Positions 1 through 10,067 of a stretch of DNA of 64,000 bases are shown in pieces. Made by a program: the position numbers and the translations under genes. Positions within the stretch are counted from its first letter, which is position 1, and each line of letters opens with the position of its first letter. The notes below the pieces were generated by a model. It worked only from the letters and a program-made list of their open reading frames with translations. It did not search any database and was not told the DNA's origin. The DNA is from an uncultured delta proteobacterium (GTDB lineage Bacteria; Myxococcota_A; UBA9160; SZUA-336): positions 96,001 through 160,000 of the forward strand of contig CAVPHD010000006.1 in the NCBI GenBank assembly GCA_963704165.1, in the 5' to 3' direction.

Positions 1-335
1 CGGGAGGGATGAAGAAGCGCGTCGCGCTCGCGCGCGCGATGATCATGGAGCCCTCGGTGCTTCTGATCGACGAGCCGTTCTCGGGCCTCGACCCCTTGGC
101 CGTTCGCCTGATCGAGGCCCTGCTGGTCGAGGTGAACGAGACGAAGGGTCTCTCGATGATCCTGACCAACCACCACATCGGCTCGACCATGCGTATGGCG
201 CACGAGATCGTCTTCCTGGTCGATGGAGTCGCGGTGACCGGCTCACCCGCCGAGATGAAGGCGAGCATCGATCCTCGCATCCAGCGCTTCTTCCAGGCCG
301 CGGGCACGGGACCCAGCCTCGAGGAGGCGAGCTGA
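1..335 (+). CDS. mlaF: Mla/Ttg2 phospholipid ABC transporter ATP-binding subunit (5'-partial)
   Basis: Signature remnant GGMKKRVALARA, Walker B LLIDEP, SGLDP and H-loop; TGATG-coupled to mlaE. Confidence 0.9.
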   Translation, partial: GGMKKRVALARAMIMEPSVLLIDEPFSGLDPLAVRLIEALLVEVNETKGLSMILTNHHIGSTMRMAHEIVFLVDGVAVTGSPAEMKASIDPRIQRFFQAAGTGPSLEEAS

Positions 336-1111
336 TGCTCGAGATGATCCGACACACCGGCTGGCGCACGGTCTCGAACGTCTTCGAGCTCGGCGGAATC
401 GCGCATTTCGGCTCGCGCATGGTCTACCAGACGTTTCGCCCCCCCTGGCGGACGCGGCGACTGATCGACGAGATCTACAACACCGGCGTCCTCTCGCTGG
501 CGATCGTGCTCCTGTCCGGGGCGGTGGTCGGTAGCGTGCTCGGTCTCCAGGGCTACATCACGCTCGTGCGGTTCGGTGCGGAGCAGAGCCTGGGCGGCGT
601 GGTCGGGCTGTCGCTCGTGCGCGAGTTCGGCCCCGTACTTACAGCCCTGCTGGTCGCGGGTCGCGCCGGATCGGCCGTCGCGGCGGAGATCGGCGCGATG
701 GTCGCCACCGAGCAGCTCGACGGCCTGCGCATGATGTCGGTCGATCCCGTCGATTTCGTCGCGCAGCCGAAGGCGCTCGCGCTCCTGATCTCGATGCCCC
801 TGCTCTCGGCGCTCTTCATCATCTTCGGCCTCGTCGGCGGCTACGTCGTCGGCGTCGGGCTGCTCGGCATCGACGGCGGAACCTTCATCACGGGGCTCGA
901 GCGGAACATCACCTTCCGCGACGAAATCGTCGGCAGCGTATTGAAATCCGTCGTCTTCGGTGCACTGGTCGCACTGATCTCGACCTGGCGTGGCTTCACG
1001 TCCGCGCCAAACTCCGCGGGCGTCAGTCGGGCGACGACCGGCGCAGTCGTGCAGGCGTCGGTGGCCACGCTCGTCTTCGACTACATCATCACCGCGCTGT
1101 GGGGGGGTTGA
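335..1111 (+). CDS. mlaE: MlaE permease
   Basis: REFGPVLTALLVAGRAGSA..AEIG.M..TEQLD and GVS.ATT.AVV motifs; multi-TM. Confidence 0.95.
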   Translation: MLEMIRHTGWRTVSNVFELGGIAHFGSRMVYQTFRPPWRTRRLIDEIYNTGVLSLAIVLLSGAVVGSVLGLQGYITLVRFGAEQSLGGVVGLSLVREFGPVLTALLVAGRAGSAVAAEIGAMVATEQLDGLRMMSVDPVDFVAQPKALALLISMPLLSALFIIFGLVGGYVVGVGLLGIDGGTFITGLERNITFRDEIVGSVLKSVVFGALVALISTWRGFTSAPNSAGVSRATTGAVVQASVATLVFDYIITALWGG

Positions 1112-1113
1112 GA

Positions 1114-1620
1114 GTGGGCCGATCGCCGATCCGGGATCTTCTGGTGGGGGTTTTCGTGCTCTCCGGCTTCGCCGCGCTCGCGTACCTGTCGATCCAGCTC
1201 GGCGGCGCGACGTATTCCGGGCCCGGCGGACTCAGGCTCTACGCCAGCTTCGACGAGGTCGGAGGTCTCGCTCCGCGCTCACCGGTGGTCATCGGCGGGG
1301 TGAAGGTCGGCCAGGTGAAGACGATCGAGCTCTCCCCCGATGGTGACTTCCGCGCACGCGTCCTCATGGACGTCGACTCGAACTTGAAGCTTCCGGACGA
1401 CACCTCCGCATCGATCCTCACGCAGGGCGTGCTCGGGAGTCAGTACATCGGGCTCGAGCCCGGTGGCTCGGACACGATGCTCCCGGAGGGTGGCGAGATC
1501 GCCTACACGCAGAGCGCGCTCGTGATCGAGCGCTTGATCGGGAGCGTGATTCAGAGCTTGGGGAACTCGAGTGATGGGTCCAAGGAGCCGAGCGGCGAAG
1601 CCGACGGCGATAGCGAATGA
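1114..1620 (+). CDS. mlaD: MlaD MCE-domain protein
   Basis: N-terminal TM, then F..VGGL...SPV.IGGVKVGQV and GVLGSQYI.LEPGG (MCE domain); GTG start at 1114 assumed. Confidence 0.93.
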   Translation: MGRSPIRDLLVGVFVLSGFAALAYLSIQLGGATYSGPGGLRLYASFDEVGGLAPRSPVVIGGVKVGQVKTIELSPDGDFRARVLMDVDSNLKLPDDTSASILTQGVLGSQYIGLEPGGSDTMLPEGGEIAYTQSALVIERLIGSVIQSLGNSSDGSKEPSGEADGDSE

Positions 1621-2393
1621 GCTCGGCTCGGACGCTCGCGCTCGCGGCGCTGGCCGCCTCGCTCCTCGCCTGCGCATCGGCTCGCGGTCCGGACCCGGAA
1701 CCGGGGCCCGACGCCGACCCGTGGCGACCCTTCAACCACGCGATGTTCACGTTCAACGACGCGGTCGATCGCTGGCTGATCGGACCGATCGCGCGCGGCT
1801 GGATCTTCGTCACGCCGGAGACCGTGCGGGTCCATCTGGAGCAGTTCTACGACAACCTGAATTTTCCGGGCTACTTCGTGCAGCCGCTGCTACAAGGCGA
1901 TCCGAAGCAAGCCGGGGTCGCGCTCGCGCGCTTCGGCGTGAACAGCAGCGTGGGAATCGCCGGCTTCTTCGATCCCGCCGACCACTGGCTCGGGCTGGAC
2001 CGCAGACAGGAGGACACCGGCCAGACGTTCGGGGTCTGGGGATCGGGGCCAGGGCCCTACCTGGTTCTGCCGGTCCTGCTCCCGGCCTCGAGCGCCCGCG
2101 ACGCCGCAGGCTATCCCTTCGACTCGGCCCTGAACATCGGGGACTCGGCCCTCATCTCATATGTCGTCCCGATACTCTGGCCGGCCACGGCGCTTCGGAC
2201 GATCAACCGCAGGGCGCTGGCGGATGAGGATCTGCGCGAGCTCCGCGAGGCGTCCTTCGATTGGTATTCCGCGGTCCGTGATGCATACCTTCAGCGTCGA
2301 GAAGTGCTGATCCGAAACGATCTGGACGATGGAGAGGAGACGCCGAGCGATGATCTCTACGAGCTCGACGACAACGACCCGGCTCTCGAGTAG
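1617..2393 (+). CDS. mlaA: MlaA/VacJ outer-membrane lipoprotein
   Basis: Lipobox LLAC, DPWRPFN..MF.FN, EDTGQTFG.WG..GPYLVLP, RDAYLQRR; acidic tail. Confidence 0.93.
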   Translation: MSSARTLALAALAASLLACASARGPDPEPGPDADPWRPFNHAMFTFNDAVDRWLIGPIARGWIFVTPETVRVHLEQFYDNLNFPGYFVQPLLQGDPKQAGVALARFGVNSSVGIAGFFDPADHWLGLDRRQEDTGQTFGVWGSGPGPYLVLPVLLPASSARDAAGYPFDSALNIGDSALISYVVPILWPATALRTINRRALADEDLRELREASFDWYSAVRDAYLQRREVLIRNDLDDGEETPSDDLYELDDNDPALE

Positions 2394-3009
2394 CTGGCTC
2401 GCGCTCTGCGCGGTGCTCCTCGCGATCGCGCTTCCCGCCCACGCGAACGAACGCGTCGCCGCGGCGAGCGCGTTCATGTCGAGGACCGTGGACGACGTGC
2501 TCGCCATTCTCGACGACAAGCAGCTCGCGCCCGACGTCCGCTTGAAGAAGCTCGAGGACATCGCGATCGAACGCTTCGACTTCCCGCGGATGGCGCTGCT
2601 CGTCCTGGGCAAGAACCGCCGCCAGCTCGACGCCGGTCAGCTCGAGCAGTTCGAAGTCGAATTCAAGCGCAGCCTCTCGAACACCTACGGAAAGCGGCTC
2701 GACCGCTACACCGCGAACGAAAAGATCGAGATGGGCGAGTCGCGGCTCGAGGTGAACAAGGACGTCACCGTGAAGACACGCGTGGTCGGCGGCGCCGCGG
2801 GGGATGGCGTCCCGATCGACTACCGGCTGCGCGAGGTCGAGGGCGGCGGCTGGCTGATCATCGACGTCACGCCAGCAGGGGTCTCGCTGATCCAGAACTT
2901 CCGCTCGCAGGTCCAGGAGATCATCACGCAGAAGGGCGTGAAGTCGCTGATCCGGACGCTGCACGAGAAGAACGAGTCCGCCGCGAAGCCGTCTGCCTCC
3001 GCGGAGTAG
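2350..3009 (+). CDS. mlaC: MlaC/Ttg2D periplasmic phospholipid shuttle
   Basis: Signal peptide, FDF.RMA..VLG, IDYRL...W.IIDV..GVSLIQNFRSQ; GAGGAG upstream of ATG 2350. Confidence 0.9.
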   Translation: MISTSSTTTTRLSSSWLALCAVLLAIALPAHANERVAAASAFMSRTVDDVLAILDDKQLAPDVRLKKLEDIAIERFDFPRMALLVLGKNRRQLDAGQLEQFEVEFKRSLSNTYGKRLDRYTANEKIEMGESRLEVNKDVTVKTRVVGGAAGDGVPIDYRLREVEGGGWLIIDVTPAGVSLIQNFRSQVQEIITQKGVKSLIRTLHEKNESAAKPSASAE

Positions 3010-3013
3010 ACGC

Positions 3014-3050
3014 CGCAGCGCGACGACGCCAGTGCAACGTCGTCGCTGCG
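3014..3050. promoter_or_regulatory. Inverted repeat after mlaC (terminator/stabiliser or activator-binding site)
   Basis: GCGACGACG (3020-3028) pairs with CGTCGTCGC (3038-3046) and extends past a bulge; no U-tract. Confidence 0.5.
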
Positions 3051-3088
3051 CGAAGCCGCGCGTGCGAGGCCGAACGGGATCGTCGGGC

Positions 3089-3105
3089 TTGGCCCTGCGG
3101 TTGCA
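3089..3105 (+). promoter_or_regulatory. Putative sigma54 promoter of the P450 gene
   Basis: TTGGCCCTGCGGTTGCA with GG-N10-GC spacing, close to the TGGCAC-N5-TTGCW consensus. Confidence 0.6.
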
Positions 3106-3141
3106 GAGACCTCGGGAATCACCGACCCGAGGAGACCGACC

Positions 3142-4368
3142 GTGACGGAGGGTGGCTTCACCGACTGGGATCCGACCTCGCCGGAGTTTCAGGCGAACCC
3201 GCATCCGCTCTGGGCACGACTCCGCGAAGCGGAGCCGATCCACCGGCGCGCCTTGCCGGACGGACGCGACGGCTGGATCGTCACGCGGCATCGGGACTGC
3301 GTGAACGTGCTTCGCGATTCCCGCTGCTCCGCGGAGAAGTTCCCGAACGAGGTGCTGGAAGCGCTCGCGGGCGACCCGAAGGCGCCGTTCGCGGTCGTCG
3401 CGCGCGCCGTGCTCGGCATGATGCTCGTCAAGGACGACCCCGATCACGGTCGCCTGCGCGGTCTCGTGAACAAGGCGTTCACGCCGCGGGTCGTCTCGGA
3501 GCTCCGGCCGCGCGTTCAGGCGATCACCGACGAGCTCCTCGACGCCGCCGTGCGTCGCGGCCGGCTCGACGCGATCGCCGATCTCGGAATGCCGCTTCCG
3601 ATCATCGTGATCGCGGAGCTGCTCGGCGTGCCGCCCGAGGATCGCGCGGATCTCAAGCGCTGGTCGGACAATCTCGTGACGTTCCTCGACGGCACGATCC
3701 GCGACGACGGCATCGTCCTGGCCGCGAACGCGTGCCTCGAGATGCGCGAGTACATGAACGGCGTGTTCGCCCGCCGCCACTCGGATCCGCGCGACGACCT
3801 GATCAGCCGCCTGATCGCCGCACGAGAGGTCGAGGATCGACTGACCGACGACGAGCTCTTCGGAACCGTCGTCCTGATCCTCGCCGCGGGCCACGAGACG
3901 ACCACGAACCTGGTCGGCAATGGCCTCTACACGCTCCTGCGTCATCCGGACGAGCTCGCGCGGCTCCGAGCGCATCCCGAGCGGATCGCGTCGGCGGTCG
4001 AGGAGCTGCTGCGCTTCGAGGGCCCGGTCTCGCTCACGTCGCGCATACCGAAGATCGACTACGAGCTCGACGGCGTGCGGATCCCGAAGGGCGACGAGAT
4101 CAGCCTCGTCCTCGCGGCCGCAAATCGCGATCCGGAAGTCTTCGCCGCGCCCGATCGGCTCGACCTCTCGCGCGGCGAGAACCGCCACCTCGCCTTCGGC
4201 TTCGGCGCGCACTTCTGCCTCGGCGCATCCCTCGCGCGGCTCGAAGGCCAGATCGCGCTCGGCTCGGCCGTCGCGCGCTTCCCCGGAATGAAGCTCGCCC
4301 GCGACACGACCGAGTGGAAGCGCGGAATCGTCCTGCGCGGCCTTCGCTCGCTTCCGATCGACCTCTGA
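3142..4368 (+). CDS. Cytochrome P450
   Basis: AGHETT I-helix, EELLR, heme motif FGFGAHFCLG; GAGGAG RBS. Confidence 0.96.
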   Translation: MTEGGFTDWDPTSPEFQANPHPLWARLREAEPIHRRALPDGRDGWIVTRHRDCVNVLRDSRCSAEKFPNEVLEALAGDPKAPFAVVARAVLGMMLVKDDPDHGRLRGLVNKAFTPRVVSELRPRVQAITDELLDAAVRRGRLDAIADLGMPLPIIVIAELLGVPPEDRADLKRWSDNLVTFLDGTIRDDGIVLAANACLEMREYMNGVFARRHSDPRDDLISRLIAAREVEDRLTDDELFGTVVLILAAGHETTTNLVGNGLYTLLRHPDELARLRAHPERIASAVEELLRFEGPVSLTSRIPKIDYELDGVRIPKGDEISLVLAAANRDPEVFAAPDRLDLSRGENRHLAFGFGAHFCLGASLARLEGQIALGSAVARFPGMKLARDTTEWKRGIVLRGLRSLPIDL

Positions 4369-4372
4369 TCGC

Positions 4373-5194
4373 CTAGCGGCGGCGGCGCCGCCGCCACATC
4401 CAACCGGCGAGACGCTGGATCGACACCGGAAAGAGTCGCTTCAACCAGTCGGTCAGGTACGCCTCCGGACCGATCCGAACGCGCGCCTGATCGCGCTCGA
4501 TCGCGCGAACGATCCGGCGCGCGGCCTTCTCGGGCGAATGCGCGCGCCGCTCGAACATTTCGACCGTCTCCCGCTGCTCCCGTGCATCGAACTCGCTCGA
4601 CACGCGCGAGGCGCGCACGACGTTCGTACGGATGCCGCCCGGGTGAACGCAGGTGACACCGACGTTCGTGCCCGAGAGCTCCGAGGCGAGCGACTCCGAG
4701 AAGCCGCGCACCGCGTACTTCGAGGCGCTGTAGGAGGTCTGCGACGGAATGCCGACGAAGCCGAACATCGACGAGATGTTCACGATCTGCGCCTCGTCCT
4801 CGCGCAGCAGGTACGGCAGGAAGAGCTTGCAGCCGTAGACGACGCCCCAGAAGTTGATTCCGAAGAGCCACGCGAAGTCGTCGAGCGACTGCTCGAGCAG
4901 CGCGCCGATCACCGACACACCCGCATTGTTCACGAGGATGTGGACGTGGCCGTGCTCGGCGAGCACCTCGGCGGGCAGCCGTTCCATCCGCGCGCGATCC
5001 GCGACGTCCGCGATGTGAATGGAGATCTTGCGACCGCGAGCGCGCGCCAGGTCCGCGGTTCCCGACAACGTCGCCTCGTTCAGGTCGACGAGCGCGAGCG
5101 CGCAGCCGCGCTCGGCGAGCAGAACTGCGATCGCACGGCCGATTCCGCTTCCCGCGCCCGTGACCACCGCGACTCGCCCGTCCAACCTCTTCAT
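4373..5194 (-). CDS. Short-chain dehydrogenase/reductase
   Basis: TGAGSGIG, NNAG, YSASK; start MKRLDG at 5194 (the longer ORF is an antisense shadow). Confidence 0.93.
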   Translation of the reverse strand: MKRLDGRVAVVTGAGSGIGRAIAVLLAERGCALALVDLNEATLSGTADLARARGRKISIHIADVADRARMERLPAEVLAEHGHVHILVNNAGVSVIGALLEQSLDDFAWLFGINFWGVVYGCKLFLPYLLREDEAQIVNISSMFGFVGIPSQTSYSASKYAVRGFSESLASELSGTNVGVTCVHPGGIRTNVVRASRVSSEFDAREQRETVEMFERRAHSPEKAARRIVRAIERDQARVRIGPEAYLTDWLKRLFPVSIQRLAGWMWRRRRRR

Positions 5195-5226
5195 GGCCCG
5201 CAGGGTACACCGCCTCCGAGGTCCGT

Positions 5227-5257
5227 TTGATTCGCCCCCGGAGTGCAGGCGTATAAT
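5227..5257 (+). promoter_or_regulatory. Putative sigma70 promoter of the ACAD pair
   Basis: TTGATT-19nt-TATAAT in a divergent spacer; a perfect -10 box is unlikely by chance at this GC. Confidence 0.6.
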
Positions 5258-5299
5258 CCGCTCGGCCGAGAGACCGGCCCGCACACGGAGACCTCCCGA

Positions 5300-6412
5300 A
5301 TGAATCTCGACTTTTCCGAGGATCAGAAGCTGCTGCAGAAGACCGCGCGCGATTTCCTGACCGAGCGCTCGCCCCTGCAGGTCGATCGCGACGTGCTCGA
5401 AAAGGGCGCGCACTGGAATGCCGAGCTGTGGAAGTCCGCCGCCGAGATGGGCTGGCAGGGCGCCACGATTCCCGAGGAGTACGGCGGCGCGGGCTTCGGC
5501 TACCTCGAGCTCGTGCTGATCGCACAGGAGCTCGGCCGCGCGCTCGCGCCGATCCCGTTCAGCTCCTCGGTCTATCTCGCGACCGAGGCCATTCTGCTCG
5601 CCGGCAACGATCAGCAGCGCAAGAAGTGGCTGCCCGCGCTCGCCGACGGCACGGCGATCGGTACGCTCGCGCTGGCCGAGGCGGCGGGCTTCCCGTCGCC
5701 GGCGAGCCTGAAGGCGGCACTTTCGGGCGGAAAGCTCAACGGCAAGAAGATCGCGGTGCCCGACGGCAACGTGGCGACGTTCGCCGTGGTCGCGGCGCGT
5801 TCCGGTGCCGGCGTCTCGCTCGCGCTCGTCGATCTCAAGGGCCCCGGCGTCACGCGGACCGCGACCGAGTCGATCGACCCGACGCGCGCGTCGGCCGAGA
5901 TCAGCTTCAAGGACGCGCCCGCGGAGCTGCTCGGCGACGAGGGCCGAGGCTGGGAGCTGCTCGAGCGCGTGCTCGACCGCGCCGCCGTCATCCAGGCCTT
6001 CGAACAGCTCGGCGGCGCCGAGCGCGCGTTCGAGATCACGCGCGACTTCACGATGGGACGTTACGCGTTCGGCAGGCCGATCGCGTCGTTCCAGGCGTTG
6101 AAGCACCGCATGGCCGACATGTACGTCGCGATCGAGTTGGCGAAGTCGAACTGCTTCTGGGCCGCGTGGGCGCTCTCGGAGAACAACCCCGAGCTCGCGA
6201 TCGCCGCGCCGGCCGCGCGCGTTTCGGCGACGGAGGCCTTCGACACCACCGCCGTCGAGATGGTGCAGATGCACGGCGGGGTCGGCTTCACCTGGGAGTA
6301 CGACTGCCACCTGTTCTACCGGCGCGCGAAGCACCAGGCGGTCGCGCTTGGATCCCCCGCGCACTGGCGCGAGAAACTCGTTCAGCGTCTGATCGCAAAG
6401 CAAGCGGCCTGA
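5300..6412 (+). CDS. Acyl-CoA dehydrogenase (subunit of a probable heteromeric pair)
   Basis: MNLDFSEDQ, PEEYGG, FGRPIASFQALKH, QMHGGVGFTWE. Confidence 0.93.
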   Translation: MNLDFSEDQKLLQKTARDFLTERSPLQVDRDVLEKGAHWNAELWKSAAEMGWQGATIPEEYGGAGFGYLELVLIAQELGRALAPIPFSSSVYLATEAILLAGNDQQRKKWLPALADGTAIGTLALAEAAGFPSPASLKAALSGGKLNGKKIAVPDGNVATFAVVAARSGAGVSLALVDLKGPGVTRTATESIDPTRASAEISFKDAPAELLGDEGRGWELLERVLDRAAVIQAFEQLGGAERAFEITRDFTMGRYAFGRPIASFQALKHRMADMYVAIELAKSNCFWAAWALSENNPELAIAAPAARVSATEAFDTTAVEMVQMHGGVGFTWEYDCHLFYRRAKHQAVALGSPAHWREKLVQRLIAKQAA

Positions 6413-6426
6413 CAAGGAGACTCAAG

Positions 6427-7648
6427 ATGGACTTCAACGATACCCCGCAAGAAGCCGAGTTCCGGGCCGCCGCACGCGCGTTCCTCGACGAAGCACCGCA
6501 AGCCGCTCGCGCCGGGCGAAGCGAACTCGATGCTCTCCGAACGCGACGATCCGGACACGATCAAGGCCTCTCAGGCCTGGCAGGCCTGCAAGAAGGACAA
6601 CGGTTGGGCGTGCCTCACCTGGCCGAAGGAATTCGGCGGCCGCGACGCGACCGCGATCCAGTCGGTGATCTGGAACCAGGAAGAGGGAAAGTTCCAGGTT
6701 CCGCCGAACGTCTTCGGCATCGGCATCGGCATGCTCGGCCCCACGATCATGTCGCACGGCACGCCCGAGCAGAAGTCAGCGCACCTCGAGAAGATGGCGC
6801 GCGGCGACGAAATCTGGTGCCAGCTCTTCAGCGAGCCGTCCGCCGGATCCGACCTCGCGGGCCTGCGAACCTCCGCCGTGAAGAGCGGCGACACCTGGAC
6901 GATCAACGGCCAGAAGATCTGGACGACCGGCGCTCACTTCAGCAAGTGGGGCATGATCGTCACGCGCACCGATCCGACGGTCGCCAAGCACGCGGGGCTC
7001 ACCTACTTCATCGTCGACATGAAGGCGCCCGGCATCGAGATCCGCCCGATCAAGCAGATCAACGGCGGCAGCGGCTTCAACGAGGTGTTCTTCAGCGACG
7101 TGAAGGTTCCCGATTCGTACCGCGTCGGCCGCGTCGGCGACGGCTGGCGCGTCGCGTTGACCACGCTGATGAACGAGCGTGCGTCGATCGGCGCTGGCGG
7201 TGGCGGCTTCCGGGCCGACGATCTGATCCGGGTCGCGCGGGACGCCGAGCTGCACGGCCGCCCGGCGATCGAGGATGGAGCGGTTCGCCAGCAGATCGCG
7301 GATTTCTACATCCGCTCCTCGGGCCTGAAGTACACCGGCTATCGAACGCTGACCGCGCTCTCGAAGGGCACGACGCCCGGACCGGAGAGTTCGATCGGCA
7401 AGCTCGTCGGCGCGCCGCTGAACCAAGAGCTCGCGTCGTTCGCGATCGAGCTGCAGGGTTTCGCCGGCTCGGCGCAGGGCGACGCGCAGGACGCGTACCT
7501 CGGCTCGCCGGGTCTGCGGATCGCCGGCGGAACCGACGAGATCCTGCGGAACATCCTCGCGGAGCGCGTGCTGCGGCTGCCCCCGGAGCCGCGGCTCGAC
7601 AAGGACACGGCCTTCCGCGACGTCCCGACGGGCCCGCCGACGAAGTGA
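6427..7648 (+). CDS. Acyl-CoA dehydrogenase (partner subunit); frameshift near 6490-6530
   Basis: AAGGAGA RBS + MDFNDTPQEAEFR, then WCQLFSEPSAGSDL, NGQKIWT, FNEVF, IAGGTDEI in another frame. Confidence 0.9.
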
Positions 7649-7661
7649 GCGCACACCCCGC

Positions 7662-10067
7662 TTGATCCTGATCGATGAGCGCGCGCGAACGCTCGCGCTC
7701 GGCGTCGACGACCTGATCGACGCGGGGCCTTCGGGCGCCGCGTACCGGATGTCCGATCCGGTGCGCGCGCGGATCGAGGCGCGCGTCCGCGAGAGCTGGG
7801 TGGGCGACGCGCGCTCCGCCGTGCCGCTTCGCGCGGAGCTCGATTGGCGCGGCTTTCGCGTCGCGCTCGACGGGCGCGCGGACGTCCTGCGCAGCAGCCC
7901 GCGCGGCGTGCGGATCGAGGCGCTGCGTTTCCTCCCCGACGACGATCCGGAGACGAGCTCCCGGCGCGCGATCGAACGCGCGGGGTTCGCTTCGCTGCTC
8001 GTCGCGCTCGCCGGAGACCGGGTGGCCGGCGCATCCGCCGTCGCGCTCTCGCTCGTCGGGGCGCCGGCCTCGCGCGAACGCGTGTCCTTCGCGCACGAGG
8101 CCTGGGCCGCGAAGCTCGACGAGCGGCTCGAACGCATCGCGCGCAGCGCGCAGCTCGAGGCGAAGAACGACGTCGCCCGTCGGGAGTTCGAGCCCGCGTT
8201 CCCGTTCGCGTCGGCGCGTCCGGTGCAGGAGGACCTCGTCCGCGAGATCGACGGCGCCGCAGCCTCTGGGCTGGTTCTGCTCTGCTCGGCACCGACCGGC
8301 GTCGGCAAGACCGCGGCGGCGTTGTACCCGTTCCTCGCGCGTGCGCTGCGGGAGGATCGCCGCGTCTTCTTCGTCACGTCGAAGACCTCGCAGCAGGAGC
8401 TCGCGCTCGAGACGCTGCGCCGCATGCTCTCGCCCGGCTGTGGCGCGCTCGCGGTGCAGATCTCGGCGAAGGACCGCGTCTGTCCGCAAGCGGAACTCGG
8501 TTGCGCGGAGGGCCGCTGTCCGTGGCAAGCGGACTTCGGCGATCGGCTCACGGCGACCGGGCTCTCGGACGCCCTCGCACGCGAGGGCGTGGTCACCGCC
8601 GAGCAGATGGCCACGCGCGCACGCGTGCATCATCTCTGTCCGTTCGAGACGAGCCTCGCGCTCGCGATGCGCGCGAGCGTCGTCGTCTGCGATTTCAACT
8701 ACGTCTTCGACCCGCGTGTCTACCTGCGGCGCTTCTTCGACGTTTCGGACGGACGTGATCTCTTGATCGTCGACGAGGCGCACAACCTCGCGGAGCGCGC
8801 CCAGGGTTACTTCTCCCCCGACCTCGATCTCGTCCGACTCGACGCGCTCGCGGAGCGCTGCGTCCTGCTGCCGGAGCCCGCCTACCAGCGCGCGGGAGAG
8901 CTCTTGCGCGAGGTCGCGGCACACTGCCGAGCGATCGCGAAGCGGCTCGGCGAAGAACGGCCCGACGACGGTCCCTGGGTCGAGCCACCGGCGCGGGGAT
9001 TCTGGGAGCCGATCGAGGAGGCCGCGTGCGCATCGCTGCTCGAGACCCAGGCGCAGGCGGCGTCCGAGGAACGGCGACCGGACGTGCTCGCCCCCGTGCG
9101 CGAGGGGCGCGACGGACGGCTTCGCGATCCGCTGCGCTCCGCGCTCGCGCTCGTGCGCGAATTCGCGCACGGCTCGGAGAGCGACGACCCGTCCCGTTTC
9201 GCGGCGCTCTGGTCGCCCGATCGCGCCAAGCGTCTGTGTCTCGATCCCGCTCCGTGGCTCGGCGAGCGCATCCGCTCGTTTCACGCCGCGGTGCTGATGA
9301 GCGCGACGCTCTCGCCGCTCGACTTCCACGCCCGCTCGCTCGGCGTCGATGCGCCGAGCACCGTGCAGCTCGATCTGCCCTCGCCGTTCCCGCGCGAGAA
9401 CCGGCTGATCGTCGCCGTCGATTCGGTCGATACCCGCTTCCGGGTGCGCTCGGAGCACGCCGCATCGATCGCAGATCTGATCGCGCGCGGCGTGCGCACA
9501 CGGCGCGGCAACTGGCTCGCGTTCTTTCCGAGCTTCGCCTACCGCGACGAGGTCGTGGCGAAGCTCCCGCGCGGCGAGCATCGCGTCTTGCTTCAGCTTC
9601 CCGGCATGCCGATCGAGCCGCTGCTCTCGAAGCTGCGAGCGAATCGCAGCGAGACCCTGCTCGTCTGTGCGGTTCACGGCGGGCTCCTGGCAGAGGGCGT
9701 GGACTACCCCGGCGAAACCGCGATCGGCGTCTTCGTCGTCGGTCCTGCGCTCCCGAAGGTGGAGCCGGAGCGAGAGCTCGTGCGCGCCTTCTTCGAGTCG
9801 GAGCTCGAATCCGGATTCGACCATGCCTACCTGCTTCCGGGACTCGCGCGCGCCGTGCAGTCCGCGGGTCGCGTGCTGCGCTCGGCCGACGACGTGGCGG
9901 CGATCGTGCTCGTCGACCGGCGCTTCTGCGAGCCACGCTACCGCGACCGCCTGCCGGTCTGGATTCGAGACGAACTCGTGCAGGTTTCCGACCCGGTACC
10001 CGCGCTCGAAGCCTTCTGGCAGCGAAGCGGCCGAGCGCCGCGAGTTTTGCCACATTCCCGCGCGTGA
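7662..10067 (+). CDS. DinG/Rad3/XPD-family Fe-S DNA helicase with N-terminal extension
   Basis: Walker A APTGVGKT, four Fe-S Cys (VC..GC..RC..LCPFE), DEAH, SATL, EGVD, QSAGRVLR. Confidence 0.92.
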   Translation: MILIDERARTLALGVDDLIDAGPSGAAYRMSDPVRARIEARVRESWVGDARSAVPLRAELDWRGFRVALDGRADVLRSSPRGVRIEALRFLPDDDPETSSRRAIERAGFASLLVALAGDRVAGASAVALSLVGAPASRERVSFAHEAWAAKLDERLERIARSAQLEAKNDVARREFEPAFPFASARPVQEDLVREIDGAAASGLVLLCSAPTGVGKTAAALYPFLARALREDRRVFFVTSKTSQQELALETLRRMLSPGCGALAVQISAKDRVCPQAELGCAEGRCPWQADFGDRLTATGLSDALAREGVVTAEQMATRARVHHLCPFETSLALAMRASVVVCDFNYVFDPRVYLRRFFDVSDGRDLLIVDEAHNLAERAQGYFSPDLDLVRLDALAERCVLLPEPAYQRAGELLREVAAHCRAIAKRLGEERPDDGPWVEPPARGFWEPIEEAACASLLETQAQAASEERRPDVLAPVREGRDGRLRDPLRSALALVREFAHGSESDDPSRFAALWSPDRAKRLCLDPAPWLGERIRSFHAAVLMSATLSPLDFHARSLGVDAPSTVQLDLPSPFPRENRLIVAVDSVDTRFRVRSEHAASIADLIARGVRTRRGNWLAFFPSFAYRDEVVAKLPRGEHRVLLQLPGMPIEPLLSKLRANRSETLLVCAVHGGLLAEGVDYPGETAIGVFVVGPALPKVEPERELVRAFFESELESGFDHAYLLPGLARAVQSAGRVLRSADDVAAIVLVDRRFCEPRYRDRLPVWIRDELVQVSDPVPALEAFWQRSGRAPRVLPHSRA

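Noticed and set aside
2203..10055. Very long antisense or alternate-frame ORFs (2203-4212, 7092-10055 and similarly 41208-44984)
   Set aside because: Arg/Ala/Pro-rich shadows of real genes, expected at this GC content; no motifs
7662..10067. Type IV CRISPR CasDinG or a defence helicase
   Set aside because: No cas genes or repeat-spacer array in the window; looks like a housekeeping Fe-S helicase
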